A model generated the notes under the pieces. It was not told where the DNA came from. It searched no databases and worked only from the letters and a program-made list of their open reading frames with translations. The position numbers were made by a program, and so were the translations under genes. Of a stretch of 64,000 bases of DNA, positions 42,993-51,781 are shown piece by piece. The stretch covers positions 109,385 to 173,384 of the forward strand of contig JAGOQR010000001.1 in the NCBI GenBank assembly GCA_017991415.1. Direction: 5' to 3'. Within the stretch, counting starts at the first letter, position 1. Every line of letters starts with the position of its first letter. The DNA is from Candidatus Magasanikiibacteriota bacterium. Its GTDB lineage: Bacteria; Patescibacteriota; Patescibacteriia; Magasanikbacterales; GWA2-37-8.

Positions 42993-43652
42993 CTAGTGCA
43001 AGCAGCGAAACTTGGCAGGCGCGGGACGATTCGCATCGTCTTCGGCCAACCTAGCTGCTGGAGCCGTGTAGCTCGAGTCGCAACTTGCGTGGCGGCAGAT
43101 TTCTTTCACATCTGCGCCAGTGACACGCCAACTGCTTGCTGGCGTAGTCATCACAGCGTGCGATCCTTCGGCAAGATGCTCTGCACCGAGCGCATGACCG
43201 AGCTCGTGAGCGACTACGTTCTGCATCATCCAGGTGCAGGACGTGTTGGGAGCACAAGCGCCGTTGCCATAGACGAAGACGTTGTCTCCGTCATACTCTC
43301 CGGCGAGCGAATCGCTCTCATCTTCGGGACGAGCTCCTTCCCACAGATCCCTACCCTCTTCGGTGGGGTAGTTCTCGTAGATCCAGTACACACACCGGAT
43401 TCCGCTGTTCTCTCCGCTACCGTAGAGACCCGGCTTCTCGCTGCCGTAGACGAAGAACTTGTTCTTGTTCTCGTATCGGGCATTGAGATTGAGATCGTCG
43501 ATAGCCGCCTTGATCTGGTCGATCTGCGGCTGAAGCCAGCCGCCACAGGCATAAACCGTGACGGTTTCCTGCCTGGCCACCTCTGGAAGAGGGGGCGCTC
43601 CTTCGCAGGCCGTAAGCACTGCGAAGCAACACAGAAGAATGAAACACTTCAT
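42993..43652 (-). CDS. Lipoprotein metzincin-type zinc metalloprotease (high-GC island 5)
   Basis: Signal peptide with lipobox VLTAC. Extended zinc-binding motif VVAHELGHALGAEH (HExxHxxGxxH). About 62% GC. 219 aa. Confidence 0.6.
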   Translation of the reverse strand: MKCFILLCCFAVLTACEGAPPLPEVARQETVTVYACGGWLQPQIDQIKAAIDDLNLNARYENKNKFFVYGSEKPGLYGSGENSGIRCVYWIYENYPTEEGRDLWEGARPEDESDSLAGEYDGDNVFVYGNGACAPNTSCTWMMQNVVAHELGHALGAEHLAEGSHAVMTTPASSWRVTGADVKEICRHASCDSSYTAPAARLAEDDANRPAPAKFRCLH

Positions 43653-43722
43653 GTGAGACTCCTCTCAGGCTTTGGCCTGTCGATTGTCATAGTGCCAACT
43701 GTAGGCACGATGATATAATCGC

Positions 43723-43751
43723 ATTATACCAAAAAACAAGGCTTTTGTCAA
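43723..43751 (-). promoter_or_regulatory. Consensus promoter TTGACA-N17-TATAAT for the metzincin gene, near-identical to the island 1 promoter
   Basis: Minus-strand sequence is AAGGCTTGACAAAAGCCTTGTTTTTTGGTATAATGC, against island 1's TTGACAAAAGCGTCTTTTTTTGATATAATGC. The -35 again lies in a hairpin. The leader has an AGGAG SD 6 nt before the ATG. Confidence 0.55.
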
Positions 43752-43820
43752 GCCTTTTCTGCTTATTTTTTGCTAATTATAGAGAAAAAATATACTCCTT
43801 CCACTCATTCTATCTGCCTA

Positions 43821-44243
43821 TCACCTACCCTTCCGAACAAAACTACTTGACTCAAAAAATTTATGAGAAAACCGATACACAACCGTTAGAAAAAACCAGT
43901 ATACCGCATGCTCAATATCAATAAATCCGTATACATTAAGTGGACGAGCGCTATAGTCCCACAACCGATACCCGAGCAAATACAAAGAAACTACTCCCCC
44001 AAAAAATTCCAAAGCCACACATAAAACCGTACCTATAATTACCTGAGGCCAAAATGAAATATTGCCAACAGAAAAAAATGCGTAAAGCATAACTGCGCCA
44101 AATGCATAAATAAAAGCAAAGAATGGCATGAGTGTTCCTGGCATATACTCGCCAATCACGAGCGAACGATAAGCAGTATCCAAAACCCATCCAAAAAATC
44201 CACCACCAATAAAAATAGCTAGATACAAATAGATTTTACGCAT
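43821..44243 (-). CDS. Membrane protein
   Basis: 140 aa with four TM helices. Confidence 0.4.
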   Translation of the reverse strand: MRKIYLYLAIFIGGGFFGWVLDTAYRSLVIGEYMPGTLMPFFAFIYAFGAVMLYAFFSVGNISFWPQVIIGTVLCVALEFFGGVVSLYLLGYRLWDYSARPLNVYGFIDIEHAVYWFFLTVVYRFSHKFFESSSFVRKGR

Positions 44244-44246
44244 AGC

Positions 44247-44579
44247 TTATAATGGCGTGTTAAGCGAAAACCCTTGTTTACGCCAAGCGAGCAGGCCGCT
44301 CGTCATACTGTATAGTTCCGCTGGCAAGCCTAGAGCCTCTAACTGCGCTAATGCAAGCTGGCTACGGCCACCAGACAAACAATACAAATATATTTTTTGA
44401 TACAGACGCAATTCGTCGACATGATTCATAATTACATCGAGAGGAATATTTTTTGCGCCTATAATCGCCCCCTTTTCAAACTCAGCTGGGGTGCGCACAT
44501 CAATAATAACACTATCTGACGGCATGCCTTGTTCAATTAAGGCATGTACCGCTTCAACGGAAATTTGTTTACCAGTCAT
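44247..44579 (-). CDS. Rhodanese-domain sulfurtransferase
   Basis: Active-site loop CLSGGRS. 110 aa. Confidence 0.75.
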   Translation of the reverse strand: MTGKQISVEAVHALIEQGMPSDSVIIDVRTPAEFEKGAIIGAKNIPLDVIMNHVDELRLYQKIYLYCLSGGRSQLALAQLEALGLPAELYSMTSGLLAWRKQGFSLNTPL

Positions 44580-44593
44580 ATAAAAATGTAAAC

Positions 44594-45736
44594 CTACTGT
44601 TTTTTAATAAGTGTTTTAATTACCCAACGACCTTCATCAATACGATACCACCCATTTTTTTCTTCAAGAATTTTTACAACATCTTTTTTATTCAACTTAG
44701 CGGCAGCTGCATATTTTACTCCTGGACCAATACGCACATTTAATCCATCGGTAGTTGGATTACCTCGTCCCAAAATTGTAAGCGCACCCATCATTACCGG
44801 CAGCGTACGACTTGGTTCTACAAAATACTGGCCTGGCAAATTATACCCACAACTAGCACTACCTCCACCATCGGCTTGCAACTGATTTTCTTCTGCCACA
44901 CCTGCCACCAATAAAGCTCTGCTTGCCTCACCCACGGTGGCCGATTGACTACAATAAATAACCAGCTCTTGTTTATCTGGCATTACCCCAATAAATAACC
45001 GGGCCGTACCAACTCCGTCGCTTTTACCAACATCTGGCCCAAAACTTTCAAAAGCCTGGTCGCCACTGGCAACACCTGCAAAAATATCTGCATCAAACTG
45101 TTGAATATTTGCCTTGCCCGTACGGTTATTGACCAGCAACATACGGCGGGAACTATTCATATCAAAATCCGGACGACTACCGCTAGACACAACTGTTTTA
45201 CCATTAACTGTATATTTGAGCGCCATGCTTAGATCTGAGGTTGGCAACGTAATATTAAAGAAAGATGCATTCCACACAAACTTATTATCTGCTGATACTA
45301 ACTTACCTCGCTCGGCCACAAATCGCGGAAAAGCAAAATTATGGTATTGACTTGTCACTACTGGCACAGCTACTGGTGTTGTTGATGCGGTTGATGAAGC
45401 CGATCCAAACGGATCAGTTGTGGTTGCAATAATTGATGGTGTTGAATAGGTTGTATTAACTGCAGTTGCAAAAGACGCATTGGCTGGACCCCAATCTAAC
45501 GGCTCAGTAGTGGTAGAAAAAATAAAATTAATTTCATTCATCGGCAAATAAATACGAGTTACAAAATCCAGCGCACCACTACCACTTGGCGCTTTAAAAA
45601 AACTGGCAATGCCGGGCGCTTTTGCCCAAGTAATCGGCGTATAGCCTTCGGGTGTCACTGGTTTCCAAGCCGCCGATACCGGCGTAACGGCAAAAGTAAA
45701 AAGAATAACAAAAATTATAGATAGTCTTTTTAACAT
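44594..45736 (-). CDS. Secreted protein with C-terminal SH3b domain
   Basis: Signal peptide. C-terminal GLNVRIGPGVKYAAAAKLNKKDVVKILEEKNGWYRI is bacterial SH3_3-like. Confidence 0.5.
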   Translation of the reverse strand: MLKRLSIIFVILFTFAVTPVSAAWKPVTPEGYTPITWAKAPGIASFFKAPSGSGALDFVTRIYLPMNEINFIFSTTTEPLDWGPANASFATAVNTTYSTPSIIATTTDPFGSASSTASTTPVAVPVVTSQYHNFAFPRFVAERGKLVSADNKFVWNASFFNITLPTSDLSMALKYTVNGKTVVSSGSRPDFDMNSSRRMLLVNNRTGKANIQQFDADIFAGVASGDQAFESFGPDVGKSDGVGTARLFIGVMPDKQELVIYCSQSATVGEASRALLVAGVAEENQLQADGGGSASCGYNLPGQYFVEPSRTLPVMMGALTILGRGNPTTDGLNVRIGPGVKYAAAAKLNKKDVVKILEEKNGWYRIDEGRWVIKTLIKKQ

Positions 45737-45806
45737 AAATTAATGAAGCTAAAAATTAACATTTAATTTATTATAACACAAAAATAAATATAGTGCTCTA
45801 AAGAGA

Positions 45807-45835
45807 TTGACAAGCGCCACTTTTTATGCTAAAAT
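45807..45835 (+). promoter_or_regulatory. Promoter module TTGACA-N17-TAAAAT upstream of high-GC island 6
   Basis: TTGACAAGCGCCACTTTTTATGCTAAAAT. It is followed by a nested-hairpin leader at 45851-45898 (AGCCCCTA...CCCGTAGC-aaatcc-GCTACGGG...TAGGGGGCT), then an AAAGGA SD and a GTG start. Confidence 0.45.
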
Positions 45836-45960
45836 TAGAAGTTAATTTTCAGCCCCTATACTGGTGCCCGTAGCAAATCCGCTACGGGAGTCCGTAGGGG
45901 GCTGACACGCCTCCTTAAATAGTTTTAATTGGCTCAACAAGATCAACGAAAGGACTACCA

Positions 45961-46467
45961 GTGCCCACTCGTCTTTCCCTTCTGGCCCTCGTGCTCGCAG
46001 CTTGCACCGCGGTGCACCGCCCCAACCTCTCCGACGACACGGTCAACAAGAAGACCAACGTCTTCTGGCAGATCGAGGTGCTCAGCCCGCCGCCGAACTG
46101 CGGCCTGATCGTGTTCCATAACCAGCCCGGCGAAACCACAGCTCTGCCGATGCAAGTCGTGGAGGGCAAGGCCAACGTATTCAGTGCCACGTCCCCCATC
46201 GATACGCCGCTCAAGTTCATGATCGAGGTGAAGATTCGCGACAACACCAACGAGTGTGTCTCCTGGACGAACTACTGCGGCCCCATCACCATGCGGCATG
46301 GCCGTTCGCTCCAGACTTTGCACAAAACACGCCCAATCTTCTGGGCGCTCATGTCCTTCGCCGAGGGCGATGGCATCTCGAGCTTGAACTCAAGTACTGT
46401 CGAGCCGTTTCCAGGCTGGACACCGCTCACCTGCGAGTACCGTTCGTTCGGCTGGAACGAGAACTGA
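45961..46467 (+). CDS. Lipoprotein, hypothetical (high-GC island 6)
   Basis: GTG start 6 nt after the AAAGGA SD. Lipobox LAAC. 168 aa at about 60% GC. Confidence 0.5.
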   Translation: MPTRLSLLALVLAACTAVHRPNLSDDTVNKKTNVFWQIEVLSPPPNCGLIVFHNQPGETTALPMQVVEGKANVFSATSPIDTPLKFMIEVKIRDNTNECVSWTNYCGPITMRHGRSLQTLHKTRPIFWALMSFAEGDGISSLNSSTVEPFPGWTPLTCEYRSFGWNEN

Positions 46468-46603
46468 TCAGGCCACCAAGCCAGATCCCTGAGCGACTCG
46501 GACGCACTGCGCGACCGATGCGACTCAGAAATACATCCGGGCCGCTCACGCAATGTAATAATTACTTGTTACGTTGCGTGAGCTCGGATGTATATTACAT
46601 TTT

Positions 46604-46640
46604 TAAAAAAACCTTTCTCTAATCAGAAAGGTTTTTTTAT
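46604..46640. terminator. Intrinsic terminator
   Basis: AAAAAAACCTTTCT-ctaatc-AGAAAGGTTTTTTTATT. Just upstream is a long imperfect palindrome at 46532-46597. Confidence 0.7.
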
Positions 46641-46674
46641 TAGTTGAATTTATAAATGAACTTTTATATATTTT

Positions 46675-47088
46675 CTATCTCCAGATTCCAATAATTGCAC
46701 CTGCGGCCAATAATGTTACAAGCATATGACCAATGCCAAGCCAAAACAACACTTGTTTACCACCCCATAATTCTTCTCCCAATTTAAGCGGCACTACAAA
46801 ACCAAACCACATCACAAATCCAGATAAGAGACCGCCACCGAGGGTGGCATGCCCAAAACCAATCGTTATGCCTGCAAGAGTATAAAACATAAGCAAGCTC
46901 GCTACAAATTGCGCAGCATATGTTGCTATCATTTTATTCTTCATTGCAGCCTGCTGTTCTGGAGTCCATGCTGCCATACCTTTGGCTGCCATAAATTTTT
47001 TACCAAATAATGGTCCATACCAAATACTACCAATAACCATAGATACAATTGCCGAAACGAGCACTGCCCACAAGTTAACATCCCACAT
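46675..47088 (-). CDS. Membrane protein
   Basis: 137 aa with four TM helices. Confidence 0.4.
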   Translation of the reverse strand: MWDVNLWAVLVSAIVSMVIGSIWYGPLFGKKFMAAKGMAAWTPEQQAAMKNKMIATYAAQFVASLLMFYTLAGITIGFGHATLGGGLLSGFVMWFGFVVPLKLGEELWGGKQVLFWLGIGHMLVTLLAAGAIIGIWR

Positions 47089-47305
47089 ATATAAAAGTTA
47101 ATAATAAAAGCTATAATATATTATATAAAATTTTATCTGCCTGAGCAAACCTTTTATATTACCTGTGGATAATCAATGTAAAGTTAACTTGACATTGATT
47201 ATTTATTACTTTACAATTACAAAATAATTAATTTTAATTTTTTGCTCTAGACAAAAAATTAATAAAGCTAATTCTAATTTATATTAGAATTTTAATTTAA
47301 AATGT

Positions 47306-47857
47306 ATGCAAAATAAATTTGCCATCGGATTTACTTTACTACTTGGAGCAATAATCCTAACTGGGGCTGGCTGTGCCACTACTCGCACAGCAGATCTTTC
47401 TCCAAGCCAACCAGTCGACACAATGGAAAAGAAAGATACAATGAATAATGAAGAAAAAAATACAGCGACGATGGAGAAAGAAAAAACTATGACTCCAGAA
47501 GAAAAAATGATGGCTGAAAAAGAAGCTATGATGGAGAAAAATACAACTGGTAAATATGTAGATTATTCTCCAACAGCTCTTGCCGAGGCAACAAAAAATA
47601 ATGGTAAGGCTATATTATTTTTCTGGGCTTCTTGGTGCCCTGATTGCAAGGCAAGCAACGCAAACTTTCTTGCAAACCTAGACAAAATTCCACAAAACGT
47701 AACTATACTCAAAACTAATTACGACACAGAGAAGGCACTTAAAACAAAATACGGCGTTACCTATCAACACACCTTTATCCAAGTAGACGGAGCAGGAAAC
47801 CAAATTGGCAGATGGAACGGCGGCAGCATTGTCGAGTTAATTAGTAATATAAAATAA
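47306..47857 (+). CDS. Thioredoxin-fold lipoprotein (TlpA/ResA-like thiol-disulfide oxidoreductase)
   Basis: Lipobox LTGAGC and thioredoxin motif WASWCPDCK. Confidence 0.7.
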   Translation: MQNKFAIGFTLLLGAIILTGAGCATTRTADLSPSQPVDTMEKKDTMNNEEKNTATMEKEKTMTPEEKMMAEKEAMMEKNTTGKYVDYSPTALAEATKNNGKAILFFWASWCPDCKASNANFLANLDKIPQNVTILKTNYDTEKALKTKYGVTYQHTFIQVDGAGNQIGRWNGGSIVELISNIK

Positions 47858-47858
47858 A

Positions 47859-49514
47859 ATGTTGCAAATCATTTTTTCTTTTCTCGCGGGCGTGCTCACT
47901 ATTGGCGCGCCCTGCATCCTGCCAATGTTGCCTATTATTTTGGGCGTATCAGTAGGCCATACAAGCAAAACACGACCGCTATTTATCACGCTCGGTTTTA
48001 TTACTACATTTTCGGTAGCAGGACTTACTTTGTCTATAATTGTACAAAAGTTAATGATTGCACCCGACTTACTCCGCAATGTTGCAGTGATTGGCCTCGC
48101 CATTTTTGGCGCTCTCATGTTATTTCCAAAACTATTTGAGATACTAGCGCAACGCTTATCTGGTTTTTCTACCAAAGCACAACAAATAAGCCAAAAAGCT
48201 GGAAACAAAAACTTTGGTGGTTTTGTCCTTGGTATGATTCTAGGTCTCATCTGGACACCGTGCGCAGGGCCAATTCTTGGTAGCATCCTTACGCTTATTG
48301 CCACCCAATCAAGTTTTGGGCAAGCAATACCTATGCTTATCGCCTACTCTGCTGGGGCAGGCGTACCTATGCTTGCTATTTCTTATGGCGGGCAAGCTAT
48401 TACTACCAAAGTACGCTCTATCGCTCAATACGCAAACACTATCCAAAAATTATTTGGAGCGATTATTTTATTGCTCGCTATAGCCATGTATTTCCAATAC
48501 GATTTAAAACTTCAAGCTAAACTACTAGACTATTATAGCTTTCCAACCTTAGAAGAAAAACTAATTAAACCTAGATTAAATGTAGCTCCTGAAAATAACA
48601 AAAAAAGCTCTCAAACTGCAACGAACTTTCCAAACTACGGACAAGCTCCTGATTTTAAAAACATAGCTGCATGGATTAATACAGAGAGCGGCCTATCCAT
48701 AGAGGATCTTAAAGGCAAAGTAGTATTAATAGATTTCTGGACATATTCTTGCATTAATTGTATTCGCACATTACCCTATGTCACCTCGTGGTATGAAAAA
48801 TATAAAGACCAAGGGTTTGTTATTATTGGTGTACATACACCAGAATTTGAATTTGAAAAAGTATTAGATAATGTACAAACCGCGGTCAATCGACATGGAA
48901 TAAAATATCCCGTCGCTTTGGATAATAATTTTGGTACGTGGAATAATTACAGCAATCGTTACTGGCCAGCACACTATCTCATTGACCGTGACGGCAATAT
49001 ACGATACTATCATTTTGGCGAAGGAAAATACGAAGAAACAGAAAATGCGATTACGGAGTTGCTTGGTATGGGCAAAATTATTGCCAAGGAAACACCGGAA
49101 TCAAATCCAACTATACGTACTCCAGAAATTTATTTCGGCACAGATCGGATAGAATATCTGACAGGCTCCCAATCACCTGCCAAATCTGCTGCAGAATTTT
49201 TTCTTCCATCACAATTGGAAACAAATCATTTTGCCCTACAAGGCATTTGGAAATTTACTCCGGAACACGCCGAGCTAACAGAAGGCAAAGGCGCAATCAA
49301 AATGAATTTCTTTGCTGGCAAAATCCACATGGTAGCCAGAGCGCAGAGACCAGTGACCGTACAAATTACCGTGGACGGAAAAAAACAAAAACCTGTTACC
49401 ATTTCTGGATCTGACCTGTATACACTATTTGATTCGACCGATTATACTACTCACGAAATTATTATAGAAATTCCCGAACCTGGACTAGAGGCATACACAT
49501 TCACTTTTGGATAA
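47859..49514 (+). CDS. CcdA/DsbD-type disulfide reductant transporter fused to a thioredoxin-like domain
   Basis: N-terminal CcdA-like TM domain with paired Cys (APCILP...TPCAGP). C-terminal redoxin domain with WTYSCINC. 551 aa. Confidence 0.7.
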   Translation: MLQIIFSFLAGVLTIGAPCILPMLPIILGVSVGHTSKTRPLFITLGFITTFSVAGLTLSIIVQKLMIAPDLLRNVAVIGLAIFGALMLFPKLFEILAQRLSGFSTKAQQISQKAGNKNFGGFVLGMILGLIWTPCAGPILGSILTLIATQSSFGQAIPMLIAYSAGAGVPMLAISYGGQAITTKVRSIAQYANTIQKLFGAIILLLAIAMYFQYDLKLQAKLLDYYSFPTLEEKLIKPRLNVAPENNKKSSQTATNFPNYGQAPDFKNIAAWINTESGLSIEDLKGKVVLIDFWTYSCINCIRTLPYVTSWYEKYKDQGFVIIGVHTPEFEFEKVLDNVQTAVNRHGIKYPVALDNNFGTWNNYSNRYWPAHYLIDRDGNIRYYHFGEGKYEETENAITELLGMGKIIAKETPESNPTIRTPEIYFGTDRIEYLTGSQSPAKSAAEFFLPSQLETNHFALQGIWKFTPEHAELTEGKGAIKMNFFAGKIHMVARAQRPVTVQITVDGKKQKPVTISGSDLYTLFDSTDYTTHEIIIEIPEPGLEAYTFTFG

Positions 49515-49713
49515 ACACATGATCAAAAATAATATAAAACGCTTACGGGAAACCCGAGGCTTCACCCAAGAAGATTTTGCCAGCGCGCTCAAAGTTTCTC
49601 GTCAGACTATTATTGCCATGGAAAAAGGAAACTACGAACCTTCACTCGGTTTGGCTTTAAAGGTAGCAAAGTTTTTTGATTTGCCAGTGGAAAAAATTTT
49701 TAACTCTAATTAA
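49507..49713 (+). CDS. XRE-family HTH transcriptional regulator
   Basis: 68 aa. FTQEDFASALKVSRQTIIAMEKGNYEPS forms the helix-turn-helix. Confidence 0.8.
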   Translation: MDKHMIKNNIKRLRETRGFTQEDFASALKVSRQTIIAMEKGNYEPSLGLALKVAKFFDLPVEKIFNSN

Positions 49714-49735
49714 TATAAAAATATTAAATTTTTCT

Positions 49736-50107
49736 ATGCCGCGCCTCAAAATTCTTATCTACTATATTTTGCTCCTGGTTCTTATCGCCTCAATTACCGG
49801 GTACTTACTATTCAAACCAATGGATGAAATGTCCATGCCAGCGCTTATTTCTGCCTGCACTTTTCTCGTATTGTATTCAATTTTTATTTCTTTAGCTGGA
49901 GAAACAAAATGTGAAGATGAGCGAGAGATATTACATCGCAATCTCTCTAACCGTGTAGCCACCATAGCTGCCACACTATTTATCTCTGGCGGACTTATCT
50001 ACCAAATTTTTGTTATACACCATATAGACTGGTGGCTGCTGATAACTTTGATTATTATCAACCTCACCAAAATTACGAGTTTAATTTATTTTCATTATAA
50101 AAAATAA
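49736..50107 (+). CDS. Small membrane protein partnered with the XRE regulator
   Basis: Four TM helices. The start is set at an internal Met to remove the 38-nt overlap of the ORF-track call 49676-50107. Confidence 0.45.
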   Translation: MPRLKILIYYILLLVLIASITGYLLFKPMDEMSMPALISACTFLVLYSIFISLAGETKCEDEREILHRNLSNRVATIAATLFISGGLIYQIFVIHHIDWWLLITLIIINLTKITSLIYFHYKK

Positions 50108-50138
50108 CCATCACTATTACTATCAGTAAATATAAAAA

Positions 50139-50178
50139 CACCTCGCATTTCTGCAAGGTGTTTTTATATTTTTGTAAG
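50139..50178. terminator. Intrinsic terminator
   Basis: AACACCTCGCA-tttc-TGCAAGGTGTT with one mismatch, plus TTTTTATATTTTT. Confidence 0.6.
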
Positions 50179-50266
50179 AGACCTCCGTATCTATAGACAT
50201 AATTTCATATACCCATAGATACGCAAGGAGGCCTCCTGGAAACAACGGCGTTGCCGTGTCGCCCGC

Positions 50267-50740
50267 TCACCCGTAGAACCCCAGCCACTTCTGATACCAG
50301 TGCGGCGGGTAGACCTCGTCGGCGCGCAGAACCTGGTCGTCCTCAGACGAGCTGACCTCAACAGGGTTGGTTCGCACATCCATGTTCACGAGGAACTGGA
50401 AGTCGCACGCCCCCTTGCCGAGGTAGGTCGAAATCACAGCCACACCCCGATCATCAGACCATACCCGACCGTAGTAGTCGAAGCCGCTGTACCCGACGAG
50501 CGGGATGCTGAGCTTGAACCCAACTAGCGCACAGAACGGCTTGGAGCTTCGTAGGACGATGTTGGCCATCCGCCCCTTCTCCTTGCTTCCCTCGTAGCGC
50601 CAGACGATCAGATGGTCCGACCGTTTGACGAAGTCCTGCATGAAGCCGAACTTCTTGAGGTGCTCGCGACCAAGGAAGATCGCAAGCGGCACGAAGACAA
50701 GAACCAGGGTGACCAGAACAATAATGAGAGCCGTCATCAA
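50267..50740 (-). CDS. Membrane-anchored hypothetical protein (high-GC island 7)
   Basis: 157 aa at about 58% GC, with an N-terminal TM helix. The likely ATG is at 50737 because the first codon of the track ORF is TTG. The promoter TTGACC-N17-TATGCT at 50783-50811 (minus strand) has the same architecture as the other islands. The leader has a CGACTGCA...TAGTCG hairpin and a GGAGG SD. Confidence 0.45.
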   Translation of the reverse strand: MMTALIIVLVTLVLVFVPLAIFLGREHLKKFGFMQDFVKRSDHLIVWRYEGSKEKGRMANIVLRSSKPFCALVGFKLSIPLVGYSGFDYYGRVWSDDRGVAVISTYLGKGACDFQFLVNMDVRTNPVEVSSSEDDQVLRADEVYPPHWYQKWLGFYG

Positions 50741-50864
50741 GCCTCCAGGTAATGCCGACTACACCATGCAGTCGAACAAAAGAGCATAACACAAAAACAA
50801 GCTCTGGTCAAGCCTGCAAGAAGAATAATTAAGAAGACCGCTACAAATTTTAGCCACTCATATC

Positions 50865-51491
50865 TTACCTTGTACTAAGAACTGTGGTATCACCCTTGGA
50901 TTCATGTTCTTTTTTATGAGCTATTAAATCAGAAATAATTTTTACCACAACAAGCACCACAACCATAGACTGCGGTAAACGCCAAACAATAATTGCTGCC
51001 GCGCCCAACAACACCGTAAATTGCATTACAAAAATTCTTTTATACGGTTTCTCCATAAGATACTTAAAACTTTCCTTGTTCAATGGCTGTAAATATTTTT
51101 TATTGGAGATATAATTTACAAAAAATGAATAGGCATGACTGAGACATAATGAAAATAGCCCCCAACGAATTAAAGGTATATTTTGAAATATTTCAACTAT
51201 CTGCTTCATCACAGGACCATAATCAAATCGTCCCAAAAAGAAAACAATGACAAAAAAGTGCGCGCCCATAAAAGCGCCGAAATGCACCATAAAAGCAAGA
51301 GTAGCGATTAATTTTGGGTTGGCAGGAACGCCTTGTCGATCAGACTCAGAAAGAGGCATCAATACTAATTGAACAAGAGTAAAAAAGCCAATAACCGCGC
51401 TCTCCACCCAATAGAGAAAGACAGTTTCAAACACATTCCAGCCAAAAAACAAAACACCTACCAAGGGTATGCAATTGGTGAGTATGAGCAT
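50865..51491 (-). CDS. Polytopic membrane protein
   Basis: 208 aa with about 6 TM helices. Confidence 0.45.
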   Translation of the reverse strand: MLILTNCIPLVGVLFFGWNVFETVFLYWVESAVIGFFTLVQLVLMPLSESDRQGVPANPKLIATLAFMVHFGAFMGAHFFVIVFFLGRFDYGPVMKQIVEIFQNIPLIRWGLFSLCLSHAYSFFVNYISNKKYLQPLNKESFKYLMEKPYKRIFVMQFTVLLGAAAIIVWRLPQSMVVVLVVVKIISDLIAHKKEHESKGDTTVLSTR

Positions 51492-51695
51492 TTGCGAAGA
51501 AGTGATTATTTTTTGAATATGCGTGTAATTAGAAAATAAAACTACCTAAGTAGGTTACCCCATAATCTGACTATTAACAAGGACAGTTATTTTCCAGCAT
51601 TGCAGTGACTATATGAAAAATTACAAAGAAATTTATATTATCATTCGCTTGTAACTATCCATATCCAATATTTACAATCTGCAAACAAGAATACA

Positions 51696-51780
51696 AAATA
51701 AAAATAGCTCTATATTCTAGAGTTATTTTTATTTGCAGGCCTTGCAGGATAAGATTGAAACATTTTTTGCTTATTTGCAA
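51696..51780 (+). repeat. Array repeat copy H (terminator hairpin plus conserved box)
   Basis: AAAAATAGCTCTAtattcTAGAGTTATTTTTATTTGCAGGCCTTGCAGGATAAGATTGAAAC... matches the family consensus ...TTATTTTTATTTGCAGGCCTTGTGGGATGAGAGCGAAAC... Confidence 0.7.
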
Positions 51781-51781
51781 A

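Noticed and set aside
42915-43718. 267-aa plus-strand ORF antisense to the metzincin gene, and several other overlapping frames (43051-43257, 43226-43552, 43417-43647).
   Set aside because: These are high-GC artefacts. The minus-strand 219-aa frame carries the lipobox, the HExxHxxGxxH motif, an upstream consensus promoter plus SD, and a downstream terminator.
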